Shown here: positions 1 to 8,937 of the stretch, in pieces | How the letters are laid out: each line of letters starts with the position of its first letter | Position numbering within the stretch: the first letter of the stretch is position 1 | Source: Pseudobdellovibrionaceae bacterium | Lineage (GTDB): Bacteria > Bdellovibrionota > Bdellovibrionia > Bdellovibrionales > UBA1609 | Direction: 5' to 3' | DNA: 64,000 nucleotides | Assembly (NCBI GenBank): GCA_030591685.1 | Contig: JAUVAX010000003.1 | Location: 744 to 64,743 of the forward strand | Position numbers and translations under genes: made by a program | The notes under the pieces: model-generated | The model's input: only the letters and a program-made list of their open reading frames with translations | Told to the model about the DNA's origin: nothing | Databases searched by the model: none

Positions 1-122
1 TTAGGCAGCTAAAGGTTGTAAGTCGTTTCCAACTACAAAGTTGCTCGTTTTTATAGAGGACCTCGAGCGCCCCTGCATGCTCCCAAAAGTTTCGTCACCC
101 GTGTCGAAGCCATATCGCCCCC
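1..122 (-). ncRNA. ssrA: tmRNA (SsrA), 5' portion only; the gene continues past the window start
   Basis: The reverse complement of 1-122 reads GGGGGCGATATGGCTTCGACACGGG..GCATGCAGGGGCG..CCTCTATAAAAACGAGCAA..GTAGTT GGA AAC GAC TTA CAA CCT TTA GCT GCC TAA. This is colinear with the E. coli ssrA acceptor strand, PK1 and resume region as I recall them. The tag frame (1-30) encodes GNDLQPLAA-stop. Confidence 0.85.
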
Positions 123-151
123 AAACTTAAAGTTCTAAACTCTTGATTACT

Positions 152-179
152 AATATATTAACTAAAATGACAATGTAAA
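152..179 (-). promoter_or_regulatory. Putative sigma-70 promoter for ssrA precursor
   Basis: The minus strand has TTTACA (179-174), a 16-nt spacer and TATATT (157-152). It lies about 30 nt upstream of the mature tmRNA 5' end, consistent with a processed precursor. Confidence 0.4.
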
Positions 180-240
180 GGTAAAACAACCCCCAATAAG
201 ACTATTGAGGGCCCTTTTAGGGGCTGTACACCCCTAAGTA

Positions 241-1434
241 CTACCTATTGCCTGGTATTGGGGGCTCGCTTAAGAGTACGTCACTTATTAATAGGTCCAT
301 TAGCTCAACAGTAGAGCGGACCTCTTTAGTGATGATGATTTTGTTTTTTTCGGCCATTTTGATATTGGCTTTAATTTTTTGTGCTCTGATTTTTATTACT
401 CTCAAGCGGGCCTGCATGGACTCTTTGTTTTCACTTGTGGGGTTTTCAAGAGAGGGTTTAACTATGTTTTCATAAATAGTAAATTGCTTGTTTAATAGGG
501 TTTCTTTGGTAACTCGAATGGCTTGGCCGTCGGTGTTGACCATGCTTGCGCCCTCAGTGAGGTTTTTATTAATAAGTGTTTTAACCTGGAGCTTTGTTTG
601 CTTTTCAAAGAGGGTTTGGTAAATCTCCCTTGTACGGTCAGTGGTGAGTGGCATTTTTGCCAGCGCTTTAAAGGCCTTAGCTTTTACTTTAGGGTCTTTA
701 ATTGACTTGGCTGCTGTGGTGGCATTAGAGGCCTTTTCAAAGTAAATATTAAATCTGTTAATTTTTCTCTCATTAGAGTTTTCATTGAACGGATTAAAGC
801 TAGCCTTTGTATTATAATAAATGTCTTTAAAAGGGGTAAAGCAAAACATTTGATCAGGCTGATTTGTATATACACAGCCGGCACTTTTGAGCTCGTCTTT
901 AGCAGCAGTAATGCTTGCTGTGACCTCTTCTAAAAGGGCCTGGTCTATAAGTTCATCCATAGACGAGAGGTTCTTGTCGCCCTGATTGAGAGCTTTAAGT
1001 TTTTTATCTCGAATTTTTTTAGTGTTTAAATTAATTTGAGCCAACACTATTTTTCCTGTTAGATCAAAAGTTTTGTTTTGCACGTGGTTTAGTTTAAATT
1101 GAAGGCTTTGCCTCTCCATATCGTCAAGGTCATTGGCCTTTAAGGCCATGTTAGCCCCTGATATAAATTGATCCAAAAGAACCTTAAGGTTTTTAAGGCT
1201 TTTAATAGTCTTTTTTTCAAGATCTTTACAGATAAAATCCATTGGGATGTCTTGAGGGGTGCTGTACTCAATAAAAGAGCAACCCTGCTCATCCATAGAG
1301 GCTTGGGTGTCTAACAACGCCTGCGTGCCCTTTGTGGTGGCCTCAGGTGAGTTAACACGGGCGGCGCAACCAATAAAACTTGTTGCTGCGATAATAACGG
1401 AGATTAAAAGGGCTGATTGAGTCTTGTTTTTCAT
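241..1434 (-). CDS. Lipoprotein of unknown function, paralog A (Cys-patterned, helical)
   Basis: Signal peptide with lipobox SFIGC. Shares conserved blocks with ORF 1782-3167: EQGCSF, ICKDLEKK, AAKDELKSAGCV, YFEK, ITKE. A GGAG lies upstream of the ATG. Confidence 0.8.
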   Translation of the reverse strand: MKNKTQSALLISVIIAATSFIGCAARVNSPEATTKGTQALLDTQASMDEQGCSFIEYSTPQDIPMDFICKDLEKKTIKSLKNLKVLLDQFISGANMALKANDLDDMERQSLQFKLNHVQNKTFDLTGKIVLAQINLNTKKIRDKKLKALNQGDKNLSSMDELIDQALLEEVTASITAAKDELKSAGCVYTNQPDQMFCFTPFKDIYYNTKASFNPFNENSNERKINRFNIYFEKASNATTAAKSIKDPKVKAKAFKALAKMPLTTDRTREIYQTLFEKQTKLQVKTLINKNLTEGASMVNTDGQAIRVTKETLLNKQFTIYENIVKPSLENPTSENKESMQARLRVIKIRAQKIKANIKMAEKNKIIITKEVRSTVELMDLLISDVLLSEPPIPGNR

Positions 1435-1489
1435 TTTACGGGTACTCCAAAAATAGGGCTTATGTGGTTGTATTAATGCTACTTTTTAA

Positions 1490-1505
1490 AGCAATCGTTG
1501 TGCCA
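1490..1505 (-). promoter_or_regulatory. Sigma-54 (-24/-12) promoter of lipoprotein paralog A
   Basis: The minus strand reads TGGCACAACGATTGCT, i.e. TGGCAC-N5-TTGCT with exact GG-N10-GC spacing. It is about 55 nt upstream of the ATG at 1434. Confidence 0.7.
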
Positions 1506-1613
1506 AAGTAAGGCCGGCCCACTTAGCACTAAAGCCCTCAAACACCTTTAAGCCATGTATGTTTAACAAAGTTCTAGGCAAAAAAGGGCCCTGCCCTGTT
1601 TATTGCTGACGCC

Positions 1614-1645
1614 AAAAAAAAAGCCCCGCCCATCTTGGGCGAAGC
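1614..1645 (-). terminator. Rho-independent terminator after lipoprotein paralog B
   Basis: The minus-strand RNA GCUUCGCCCA-AGA-UGGGCGGGGC forms a 10-bp stem with two G.U pairs. It is followed by a run of nine U. Confidence 0.7.
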
Positions 1646-1781
1646 TTTAGGTGTGGGAGAGAAATCCATAACCCCTAGAGGCTTTCTAAAGATTATTTGT
1701 AAAACTTTTTTAAATTAAAGGTTGGTGCGCGAACTCACGTACTGCTCTAAGGCACACCTCTTAAAATATTAAATACTATAA

Positions 1782-3167
1782 TTAATTTTTAGCAGCCTCT
1801 TCTTCTAAAGCGTCTGCATCTATTTCTGCTGTAGTGGCGCCCTTTTCTTCAATGGGGGCGGCTAAGGCTTCTACTTCTTTAACCTCAACAACGGCTGACT
1901 CTACGGGTTTGTCATTAGTGGACTCGTCTAGTTCTGACTTCTCAGCCTTGGCCTCTTCAACTAGGGCGGCCCTTGCCGCGTTGATTTCTTCAATTTGCTT
2001 TATCACCTGGGGCTTACTGATGTTTACTTGAACTAAAAGAAGGGTCGCAACCTCAAGGCTTGACTGAGCCTCTTCGCTAATTTCAATACCGTTAGCTTGA
2101 GCTTTTTTAATGTTTGACTGTAGTAAACTCGCAGCTCTTTCGAGGCCTTCAAGTTGAGACTTCATACGGCCTAACTTAGGGCCACTAACATACTCTCTTA
2201 AGTAATGATCCACCATGTTTTTTTGCACAGTGAACTCTTGACTTAAAATAAGCTCTTTTGTGATTTCTATTTCTTCGCCCTCAGCGTTTTTTGTGTTCGA
2301 GCGTGGTAGTACGTTTTCACTGATTAGATCTTCCATAGCCTCATCTGTTTGCTGCTCAAAAAAATCTTGATACATCGCTTTTACGGCCTGAGTTAAGTCG
2401 ACAACACTTTTAAGCGCTTTGTCGGCTTCGATTTTTGATTTGCTATCTGTTATTAATTGAGCTGTTGTTTTTGCTTTTTCAATTTTTTCAAAATAAAGGT
2501 CCATGCGCTTTACTGTTCTTTCGCCTTCAGTGTCTATTTTAAGGCCCGCCATTTCGCCCACGTTTCTAAATGTGCCACGTATTAAACGACTGCACTCTAA
2601 GTCCATAGGGGCATCTAAGCTTACACAGCCCGCTTCTGTGAGTTGATCTTTTGCGGCCTGTATATAAGTGCTAACGTCTGTCACGAGCTCTTGATCAAGA
2701 AGGATCTCACCTGTTTCACCATTAACTACGGCCTTTTCTTTTAATTCAGCTAGTTTTTCATCGCGGCCTTTTTTAACTCTTGTTTTTTCAGTCACTAAAA
2801 CTATTTTATCTTGTATATAGAGAGCTCGGGCCTTGATGCTGTCTCTCTGAAGGGCTGATAAGCCCTGACGTTTTGTCACTTTATCGGCCGCATCTAAGTA
2901 CTCAACAAAAGTGGTTTTAATTTCGGCGAGCTCTTCAACTGACTTTTCTTCTAGATCCTTACATATAAGGTCAAGAGGGGCCGCCTGTAGCCTGTGAGCC
3001 TCTGTAAAAGAGCAGCCTTGCTCAGCGAGCTTGGTTTCTATTTTATTTAAGTTTTCTTTTCCTTTTTTGATTTCGCTTACTTGATCGTTTCTAGCCGCAC
3101 ATCCTATAAGGCTTGTTGAGCCAACAACTAAGGCTCCGAATACTGTTAATTGTATTATCTTTTTCAT
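1782..3167 (-). CDS. Lipoprotein of unknown function, paralog B, with acidic Ala/Glu-rich C-terminal tail
   Basis: Signal peptide with lipobox SLIGC. Carries the same conserved blocks as paralog A (EQGCSF, ICKDLEEK, AAKDQLTEAGCV, YFEK, ITKE). GGGAGA Shine-Dalgarno. Confidence 0.8.
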   Translation of the reverse strand: MKKIIQLTVFGALVVGSTSLIGCAARNDQVSEIKKGKENLNKIETKLAEQGCSFTEAHRLQAAPLDLICKDLEEKSVEELAEIKTTFVEYLDAADKVTKRQGLSALQRDSIKARALYIQDKIVLVTEKTRVKKGRDEKLAELKEKAVVNGETGEILLDQELVTDVSTYIQAAKDQLTEAGCVSLDAPMDLECSRLIRGTFRNVGEMAGLKIDTEGERTVKRMDLYFEKIEKAKTTAQLITDSKSKIEADKALKSVVDLTQAVKAMYQDFFEQQTDEAMEDLISENVLPRSNTKNAEGEEIEITKELILSQEFTVQKNMVDHYLREYVSGPKLGRMKSQLEGLERAASLLQSNIKKAQANGIEISEEAQSSLEVATLLLVQVNISKPQVIKQIEEINAARAALVEEAKAEKSELDESTNDKPVESAVVEVKEVEALAAPIEEKGATTAEIDADALEEEAAKN

Positions 3168-3208
3168 GTCGTATTTCTCCCATAAATTTTAAGTTCTATA
3201 CTTACTTG

Positions 3209-3224
3209 AGCAAGACCAGTGCCA
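3209..3224 (-). promoter_or_regulatory. Sigma-54 (-24/-12) promoter of lipoprotein paralog B
   Basis: The minus strand reads TGGCACTGGTCTTGCT, i.e. TGGCAC-N5-TTGCT with exact spacing. It is about 40 nt upstream of the ATG at 3167. Confidence 0.7.
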
Positions 3225-3600
3225 AGGTTTCACCCCACCTAACCCCTTAAAGTTACGTACACATAGGGAACTTTTAACAATTTGTGACACAAAAAATGTC
3301 ACCGTTGTTGTTTGAGGGCCGCTCCGTTTTTTTAATGCCCTTGCCCTTTAATAATCACCTGTAATTTTTTTTACGTTTTTTAAGCGGCCCTAGTCACTGG
3401 CAAGGCCTTTCACCTTAACTCGATGGCATAGGGGTCACTAGTAAACCTATGGCTCGCTATTAAAAACACCGTGCGCTCTAAGGGCTATATAAGTATGGCC
3501 GCCTTAACATCGTGATTGTGCTTGAATAAATTTTGTTTGAATTGTTTTTTAACAGTGGGCCTTGCTGCGAGCCTGAGAGTCCGGCTCTTAACGACTCTAA

Positions 3601-3972
3601 TTACTCGCCGTCCTCAATGCCTAAAAGTTCACTATCTACGGGGATCACTCCACAGGTTTGCTCTAAGAGCTCCAGTGTGTCGTTGTAGACTCTTTTTTGC
3701 CGCTGTACAACCTGCAGGGCTTTTTGCATAGATATAGATGTTTTACCCCGACGGGCTCTTTCAAAATCTTTATATGTTGTCTCTGCTCGTTGAAGCTTTA
3801 TCTCTTCGTTTTTAAGTGACTTTTCTAACCGTACAAGTTCACGGGCCAGATCAAAGCTTAAGCCCTCGTAAGACACGTCACAAACTCGGTCCTGTTGAGG
3901 CTCTGAGGTGTAAGCATAAGTCGCCCCCGGAAGGGCAAATACTACGAGTAAACTTAGTAGTGTTAATTTCAT
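3601..3972 (-). CDS. Small secreted protein, unknown function
   Basis: N-terminal signal peptide (LLVVFALPGATYA). Strong AAGGAGAG Shine-Dalgarno. Two Cys in a charged, helical-looking mature part. Confidence 0.6.
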   Translation of the reverse strand: MKLTLLSLLVVFALPGATYAYTSEPQQDRVCDVSYEGLSFDLARELVRLEKSLKNEEIKLQRAETTYKDFERARRGKTSISMQKALQVVQRQKRVYNDTLELLEQTCGVIPVDSELLGIEDGE

Positions 3973-4209
3973 TTTAAACTCTCCTTAAAAATAGCCCCCT
4001 GTATTTTACTTAAAACTCACACCCGCCCATTAAGAATAACAGCATAATAACACTAACCTTTCGCCGGCAACAGGGGGTTGAAAATAAGTTAAAGACCCGT
4101 TAAAAGCGTCTAAAACTTATACGCCTACGGGCCTCTTAATGTATGAGCTCGTCAAAATAATACTCTTATGCCACCAAATACACGAAAAAAAGCACGCGCT
4201 AAAGGCCTA

Positions 4210-5226
4210 TTAACAACAGGAGGCTTTAGACGCTGGGGGCTTAAACAAGCCCTTGTGAGCACTTTGGTCACCTTGGATTTTAAAATAATTTTTAAACCGC
4301 GTTTGCTGTAATATGTTGGCTGTATTGCCACAAACAGGCTTGGGCTTGTCTCTATTAAAGGTGTAGTTTTCGTCTAACATAAAGCTCTCAGGGCTTTCTT
4401 TTATGCCGCCAATATAGGTGGCTTGTTGGCCGTAGTCCTCTGGGCGGTCCTCAAGGCTTACTTTAAAAGCTCTCACTGTAATAGAGTAAAAATCTATGTC
4501 CTTTAACTGTTGCTCGATCTGCTTTGAGAGAAGATCTAGCTTTCTTTCGTTCACAACCCTGTAGTCGTCAACCCCTAGAGAGTTCAAAATTCGTCTGAAG
4601 TCCTCAGTGTAAAGAGCCCCGCCTAAGCATTCGCCTAATAACACCGGGTCTTTTGCTAAATGCTCTGGGATTCGGCGAGATGAAAACACATCTGAAAAGT
4701 AAAGCTCCCCACCGGGCTTTAAGACCCTGAAGATTTCTTTAAATACTTGTTCTTTGTTGTCGGCTAAATTGAGTACGCAGTTAGAGATCACAACGTCCAC
4801 AGAGTTATCCTCAATACCGAGGGCTTTTAAGTCTTCCATGAACCCGTACTTAAACTCAACGTTAGGGGCTGAAAGTTCGAATTGTTTTTGGTGGTACTCA
4901 ATGTGGCTCTCGGCGACTTTGATTTGCTCTTTAGTCATATCAACGCCAATAACTCGGCCCTCAGGCCCTACGAGTTTTGAGGCTATAAATACATCTCGCC
5001 CCGTACCCGAGCCTAAGTCTAAAACTGTTTTGCCCTCAAGTACAAAAGGGATCGGAGACCCGCAGCCATAAAACTTATCTAATACCTCGGTGTGAATTTT
5101 GCTCATTATAGGCTTTAGGTAGCTGGGCATAGACTCTGCCGTACAGCAAGCTGTTGTTTGCAGGTCTTCTTTAGAGCTTAATACTTTGCCGTAATAGTCT
5201 TGTATGTTTTCAGTGTTTGATTTCAA
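4210..5226 (-). CDS. arsM: Arsenite S-adenosylmethionine methyltransferase (ArsM family)
   Basis: SAM motif I VLDLGSGTGRD. Cysteines in the ArsM-typical contexts: ACCT, FYGCGSP, ISNCVLNL, LLGECLGGAL. Sits 24 bp downstream of arsS on the same strand. Confidence 0.75.
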   Translation of the reverse strand: MKSNTENIQDYYGKVLSSKEDLQTTACCTAESMPSYLKPIMSKIHTEVLDKFYGCGSPIPFVLEGKTVLDLGSGTGRDVFIASKLVGPEGRVIGVDMTKEQIKVAESHIEYHQKQFELSAPNVEFKYGFMEDLKALGIEDNSVDVVISNCVLNLADNKEQVFKEIFRVLKPGGELYFSDVFSSRRIPEHLAKDPVLLGECLGGALYTEDFRRILNSLGVDDYRVVNERKLDLLSKQIEQQLKDIDFYSITVRAFKVSLEDRPEDYGQQATYIGGIKESPESFMLDENYTFNRDKPKPVCGNTANILQQTRFKNYFKIQGDQSAHKGLFKPPASKASCC

Positions 5227-5250
5227 GGTGGTTCTCCTTTAAAAAAGTTT

Positions 5251-6210
5251 TTAAGTTAATGTCCCGCCACATGAGCTGCCAGCACCGGCTGTGCAACCAT
5301 AACAGTGGTCCGCTAAAGCTATTTTAGTTTTTTGAAACTCGCTAAGAGTCTCAATATCCCAAAGGGATGTTTTTTTATTTGCAATGGGTATTTCTAACAT
5401 TTGGTTAAAATCGCAATCATAAACAAACCCGTCCCAGCTAATTGAAACAAGCTCCCTACACATCACAGCACCTGCTGCTTGAGCGTTAAAGCTATTAACT
5501 AAGAGCTGTGAGTACTCTTCGTACTTGCCTTGCCTTTTAAGGTCTTGGAGAAATCTTTTTATTGGCATGTTGGTGATCGTGTAAAGGTTGTTAAAGGAAA
5601 TATTAAATAACTCTTTGAGTTCCGTTTTGTATTGGGCTTGCAGCGTTTGCTCGTCAGGGGGTAAAAATGGCCCCAAGGGGTTGTAGACTAAATCAAGCTC
5701 TAACCCGGTGCCCTCTTTAGCGTAGCCTAAGTTGTTTAATATTTTTAACGCCTCTATGCTTTTGCCAAAGACCCCGCGGCCCCTTTGTTGTTCGACGTTT
5801 TCTTTTGTATAACAGGGCAGTGAGGCCACTACCTTTACCTGATTGTCCGCTAAAAACGCGGGGGTGTCTTTTTGGCCGGGCTCAAAAAAGACCGTCAAAT
5901 TACAACGGTCAATAACTTGCTTGTTGCGTGCACGTAACTCAGTGACGAAGTAAAAAAAGTGCTCGTTCATTTCAGGGGCACCGCCGGTAATGTCTACCGC
6001 AGTGATTGCTGGCGAGGCATCAATAAGCTCTAATAAACGTTGAACTGTTTTTTTAGTCATGTTTTCAGTGCGCTTTGGGCCGGCCTCAACATGACAATGC
6101 AAACAGGCCTGGTTGCAGAGCTTGCCAATATTAACCTGTAAGGTCGTGACCGGTTTGCGGCTTAAATCGACCCCTGATTTTTTAATTGTCTGTGCAAACG
6201 AAGTGAGCAC
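5251..6210 (-). CDS. arsS: Radical SAM / Cys-rich C-terminal protein, ArsS-type (arsenosugar biosynthesis family)
   Basis: CX3CX2C radical-SAM motif CNQACLHC. Cys-rich C-terminus DHCYGCTAGAGSSCGG, typical of the ArsS family. GTG start preceded by GGAGG. Confidence 0.7.
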   Translation of the reverse strand: MLTSFAQTIKKSGVDLSRKPVTTLQVNIGKLCNQACLHCHVEAGPKRTENMTKKTVQRLLELIDASPAITAVDITGGAPEMNEHFFYFVTELRARNKQVIDRCNLTVFFEPGQKDTPAFLADNQVKVVASLPCYTKENVEQQRGRGVFGKSIEALKILNNLGYAKEGTGLELDLVYNPLGPFLPPDEQTLQAQYKTELKELFNISFNNLYTITNMPIKRFLQDLKRQGKYEEYSQLLVNSFNAQAAGAVMCRELVSISWDGFVYDCDFNQMLEIPIANKKTSLWDIETLSEFQKTKIALADHCYGCTAGAGSSCGGTLT

Positions 6211-6726
6211 CTCAAGCCTCCCCGGCTAAAACAAAGAAAGCAAAATCTAATATATGCTTTAGATAAAGTAAAGCCTTTGGGCCCCGGAGTTCAGGGTTTC
6301 TCTGTAAGAGGCCTGAAAAAGGGCCTTTAGCCCCTTTGGGGTCACGTTATTTATGGCCCTTTTTTTAACTCATTCGAGGTGAAGGGCCAGTCATCAAGCC
6401 CCCCTTTAAACAGGAGGCTCGCTTCGCCCTGAGGACCCTAGGTTATTAAAAAACACACCCCTGTTACTAGGCGCATGTAGGGTTCACTTTGATCCCCCAA
6501 CGTAGCAGCACCTATTTTTTACGACGAAGGTCTAGCAGCGTCTCAATATGATAGCCCCCCCTAAACCATGGTCCAGTAAAGAGCTTTTACAAAAAATTGA
6601 GCTCTTCTAAAGTCTTGTACTAATTCGGACCAAAGTACCACAAAGGTCTAAGTATTCCCCCGAAGGTATCGATGAGTGTTTTGTCCCAGACTTGATTTAA
6701 GTCTTAACAGAACAACTGAGGTACCT

Positions 6727-8562
6727 ATGATTAGCAAAATATTTTTCAGCACCGTAACCTTATTTAGCCTTTCTGCTTTTGCCCAAGAGGACCTCCGTCA
6801 AATGAGCTTTGACCAGCTTGAAATCATAAATCAAGGCATTGTCCTCCCCTCAATAGGAGACCAGGGCCTTACATATATAGGTCGGCCCTCGGCTAATGAT
6901 GACGGCTCTATTATACCCACAGGTGAGCACTTTAAAAACCCAGACAACGATTGTAGTGCTGATAAAATAGAAAGTGTGATTAAAAATTTTGAAGGTACAA
7001 ACAACCAACTGTCTCGCCATATTTCTAAATGGACGAAGCTTTGCGCCCCTCAGTTGACTAACTACACGGCGCTTGGGGCCGTTTTACGCTTTTCGATGAT
7101 TAAGTACCCCATACATCTGAATACTAAAATACATTACGTTAAATTTAAATTACGTAATGGGCTTTATGTACAGGGTTTACTTGGGATCAAAGACCTCAAT
7201 ACCCCCCGGCCCCTTATAATCATAAAGTGTGGCCTATACTGCGATGCTGATGACTCGGCCTCTATAAAAAACGCCTTTATGCATTTGTTTGATGAAGGCC
7301 CGTTTAACGTCCTTGTTCTCTCAAGCAGCAGTGGTCGGCACTTTTCGTTCGACAACCACAGTGTTGCTTTTGGTGGGTTTATTGAGGGGGATCAAATTAT
7401 TCAAGTTGCAGAAATTTTAACCTCTGAGAGGTCTTCGTTAAAAGGCCTTATTAGCGGGATTCATATAAATGGTATTAGCCTTGGGGGCAATGCCGCTTTA
7501 ATGGCCTCTGTTTATGCCTCACATAACCCGCACATCCCTATAAAAAGCGTTGTGGCCTCGTGCCCTGTGGTCAGTTTAAAACCTACTATGAACAGTATTT
7601 TTAAAAACAACCTGCGTGGCGCCTACTTTAGGTTAGAAACAACAGGTCATATTAAAGCCGTCTATAATCAGCTCCCTGGCCTTAAAAAATACCTGTCTAA
7701 AAAAAATGACTTCTCGTGGAGTCAGTCAAAAATTTTTAACGCGCTTTCAAGAAGTTCCTTTGATTTTCATAAAGAAATTACTCGAGCACGCCCCTGGACA
7801 ACGCCCCCCTTTAGCGGTGTCGTTGTCACAGACCCTGAACAGTTGTGGAATTTAAATGATTTTACTAACTTTACAGATCAGGTCACGATCCCCACAACAG
7901 TGCTTTACTCTTCTGATGATTATTTTGTACTCGATAAGTTCAATGCCAGGCCCCTTAAAAGAAAACTAGCCCAATCACCCAACCCAAACATTGGCGTGTT
8001 AGATGTTCGGCGCGGTAATCACTGTGGCTTTAGCATGGGCATTGGCTGGAGTATTTATTCAAAAATGATTAACGGGCTGTTTATGAAATATGATGACTCC
8101 AATAAGTACCGTGCCGATAATATCATACAAGTCACTGACCGCTCCTCAACCTGGAGGCAAGACGGCGGCCGTAAGGTAAGACGCCTTTACCGTGAGGATG
8201 TCGTCATTAAATCCTCTTGGAGAGTGGATTTAAAACAAAAAGTCGCCAAGCTTATTACATACGTTTTCAACCCCTTTAACCGCAGAGCCCGCGCAAGAGA
8301 CACGGGCCGCTCACAGTGCCGGCAGTACCAGTCTCAGCCTTTTAATGTGCCCGCTAAGTGTTTAGACAAAATTATAACATCAATACCCCTTAGAAGCCTC
8401 GCAAGCCTCAATGTTAACCAGGTCAACAGCAAATTTGAGGCAAACCGCCTAACTCGGTGGCTGAATACGAGCACAAAGATCACTAATCGTAATTTTAACA
8501 CCATAAGAGGCGGGAACTCTCTACCCCAAAACCTACACTTTACGAGAGAATATGAGTTTTAA
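6727..8562 (+). CDS. Secreted alpha/beta-hydrolase-fold protein with basic C-terminal extension
   Basis: The ATG at 6727 gives the signal peptide MISKIFFSTVTLFSLSAFA. Nucleophile elbow GISLGG, later SSDDYF and RGNHCGF in Ser-Asp-His order. About 170 aa of Arg/Lys-rich tail. The ORF-track start at 6676 lacks a signal peptide. Confidence 0.6.
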   Translation: MISKIFFSTVTLFSLSAFAQEDLRQMSFDQLEIINQGIVLPSIGDQGLTYIGRPSANDDGSIIPTGEHFKNPDNDCSADKIESVIKNFEGTNNQLSRHISKWTKLCAPQLTNYTALGAVLRFSMIKYPIHLNTKIHYVKFKLRNGLYVQGLLGIKDLNTPRPLIIIKCGLYCDADDSASIKNAFMHLFDEGPFNVLVLSSSSGRHFSFDNHSVAFGGFIEGDQIIQVAEILTSERSSLKGLISGIHINGISLGGNAALMASVYASHNPHIPIKSVVASCPVVSLKPTMNSIFKNNLRGAYFRLETTGHIKAVYNQLPGLKKYLSKKNDFSWSQSKIFNALSRSSFDFHKEITRARPWTTPPFSGVVVTDPEQLWNLNDFTNFTDQVTIPTTVLYSSDDYFVLDKFNARPLKRKLAQSPNPNIGVLDVRRGNHCGFSMGIGWSIYSKMINGLFMKYDDSNKYRADNIIQVTDRSSTWRQDGGRKVRRLYREDVVIKSSWRVDLKQKVAKLITYVFNPFNRRARARDTGRSQCRQYQSQPFNVPAKCLDKIITSIPLRSLASLNVNQVNSKFEANRLTRWLNTSTKITNRNFNTIRGGNSLPQNLHFTREYEF

Positions 8563-8667
8563 CCCACAATAAGCATTGGTTTTTAAAAAATAGAGCCCCT
8601 TAATATTGATCACGCGCCAAAATTATGAATATAATTAAAGGGCAGTATTAAAAAAGGGGCGCGTAGC

Positions 8668-8838
8668 TTGAAACTCTCTAAAATTATAACTCTTAATTTT
8701 TATTTTTTAGCCCTTCTCGTTATTGTTTACTCTATGTTTACCCTTAAAACTAAAGGTCTACCGCCAGGCCTTGAGACGCTTTTTGGTTTTGAACACCGCG
8801 CCCAGGCCCCCATTATGCCCAAAAGCCCCTTTAAATAA
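8668..8838 (+). CDS. Possible 56-aa single-pass membrane protein (below ORF-track cutoff)
   Basis: TTG start 7 nt after AAGGGG. One hydrophobic helix (FYFLALLVIVYSMF). No homology recognised. Confidence 0.3.
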   Translation: MKLSKIITLNFYFLALLVIVYSMFTLKTKGLPPGLETLFGFEHRAQAPIMPKSPFK

Positions 8839-8937
8839 CGACAAATTTTGTCATCAATTTATTAAAACTACACACCCCTTATGAGAAAAATATTCAACTT
8901 CTAGGTGTTTTAAAAAACACATGTTAAACCTCTCTTT

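Noticed and set aside
123-240. Genomic island or integrase next to the tmRNA gene
   Set aside because: Islands integrate at the ssrA 3' end, which lies outside the window. The sequence flanking the 5' end shows only a promoter-like region and ordinary genes.
3516-3731. 71-aa plus-strand ORF
   Set aside because: It is antisense to the well-supported signal-peptide gene 3601-3972. It has a TTG/ATG-less start context and an Arg/Leu/Cys-rich translation.
5251-5310. Selenocysteine recoding in the ArsS C-terminal Cys cluster
   Set aside because: Some family members are selenoproteins. Here the frame is uninterrupted, with Cys codons and no in-frame TGA.
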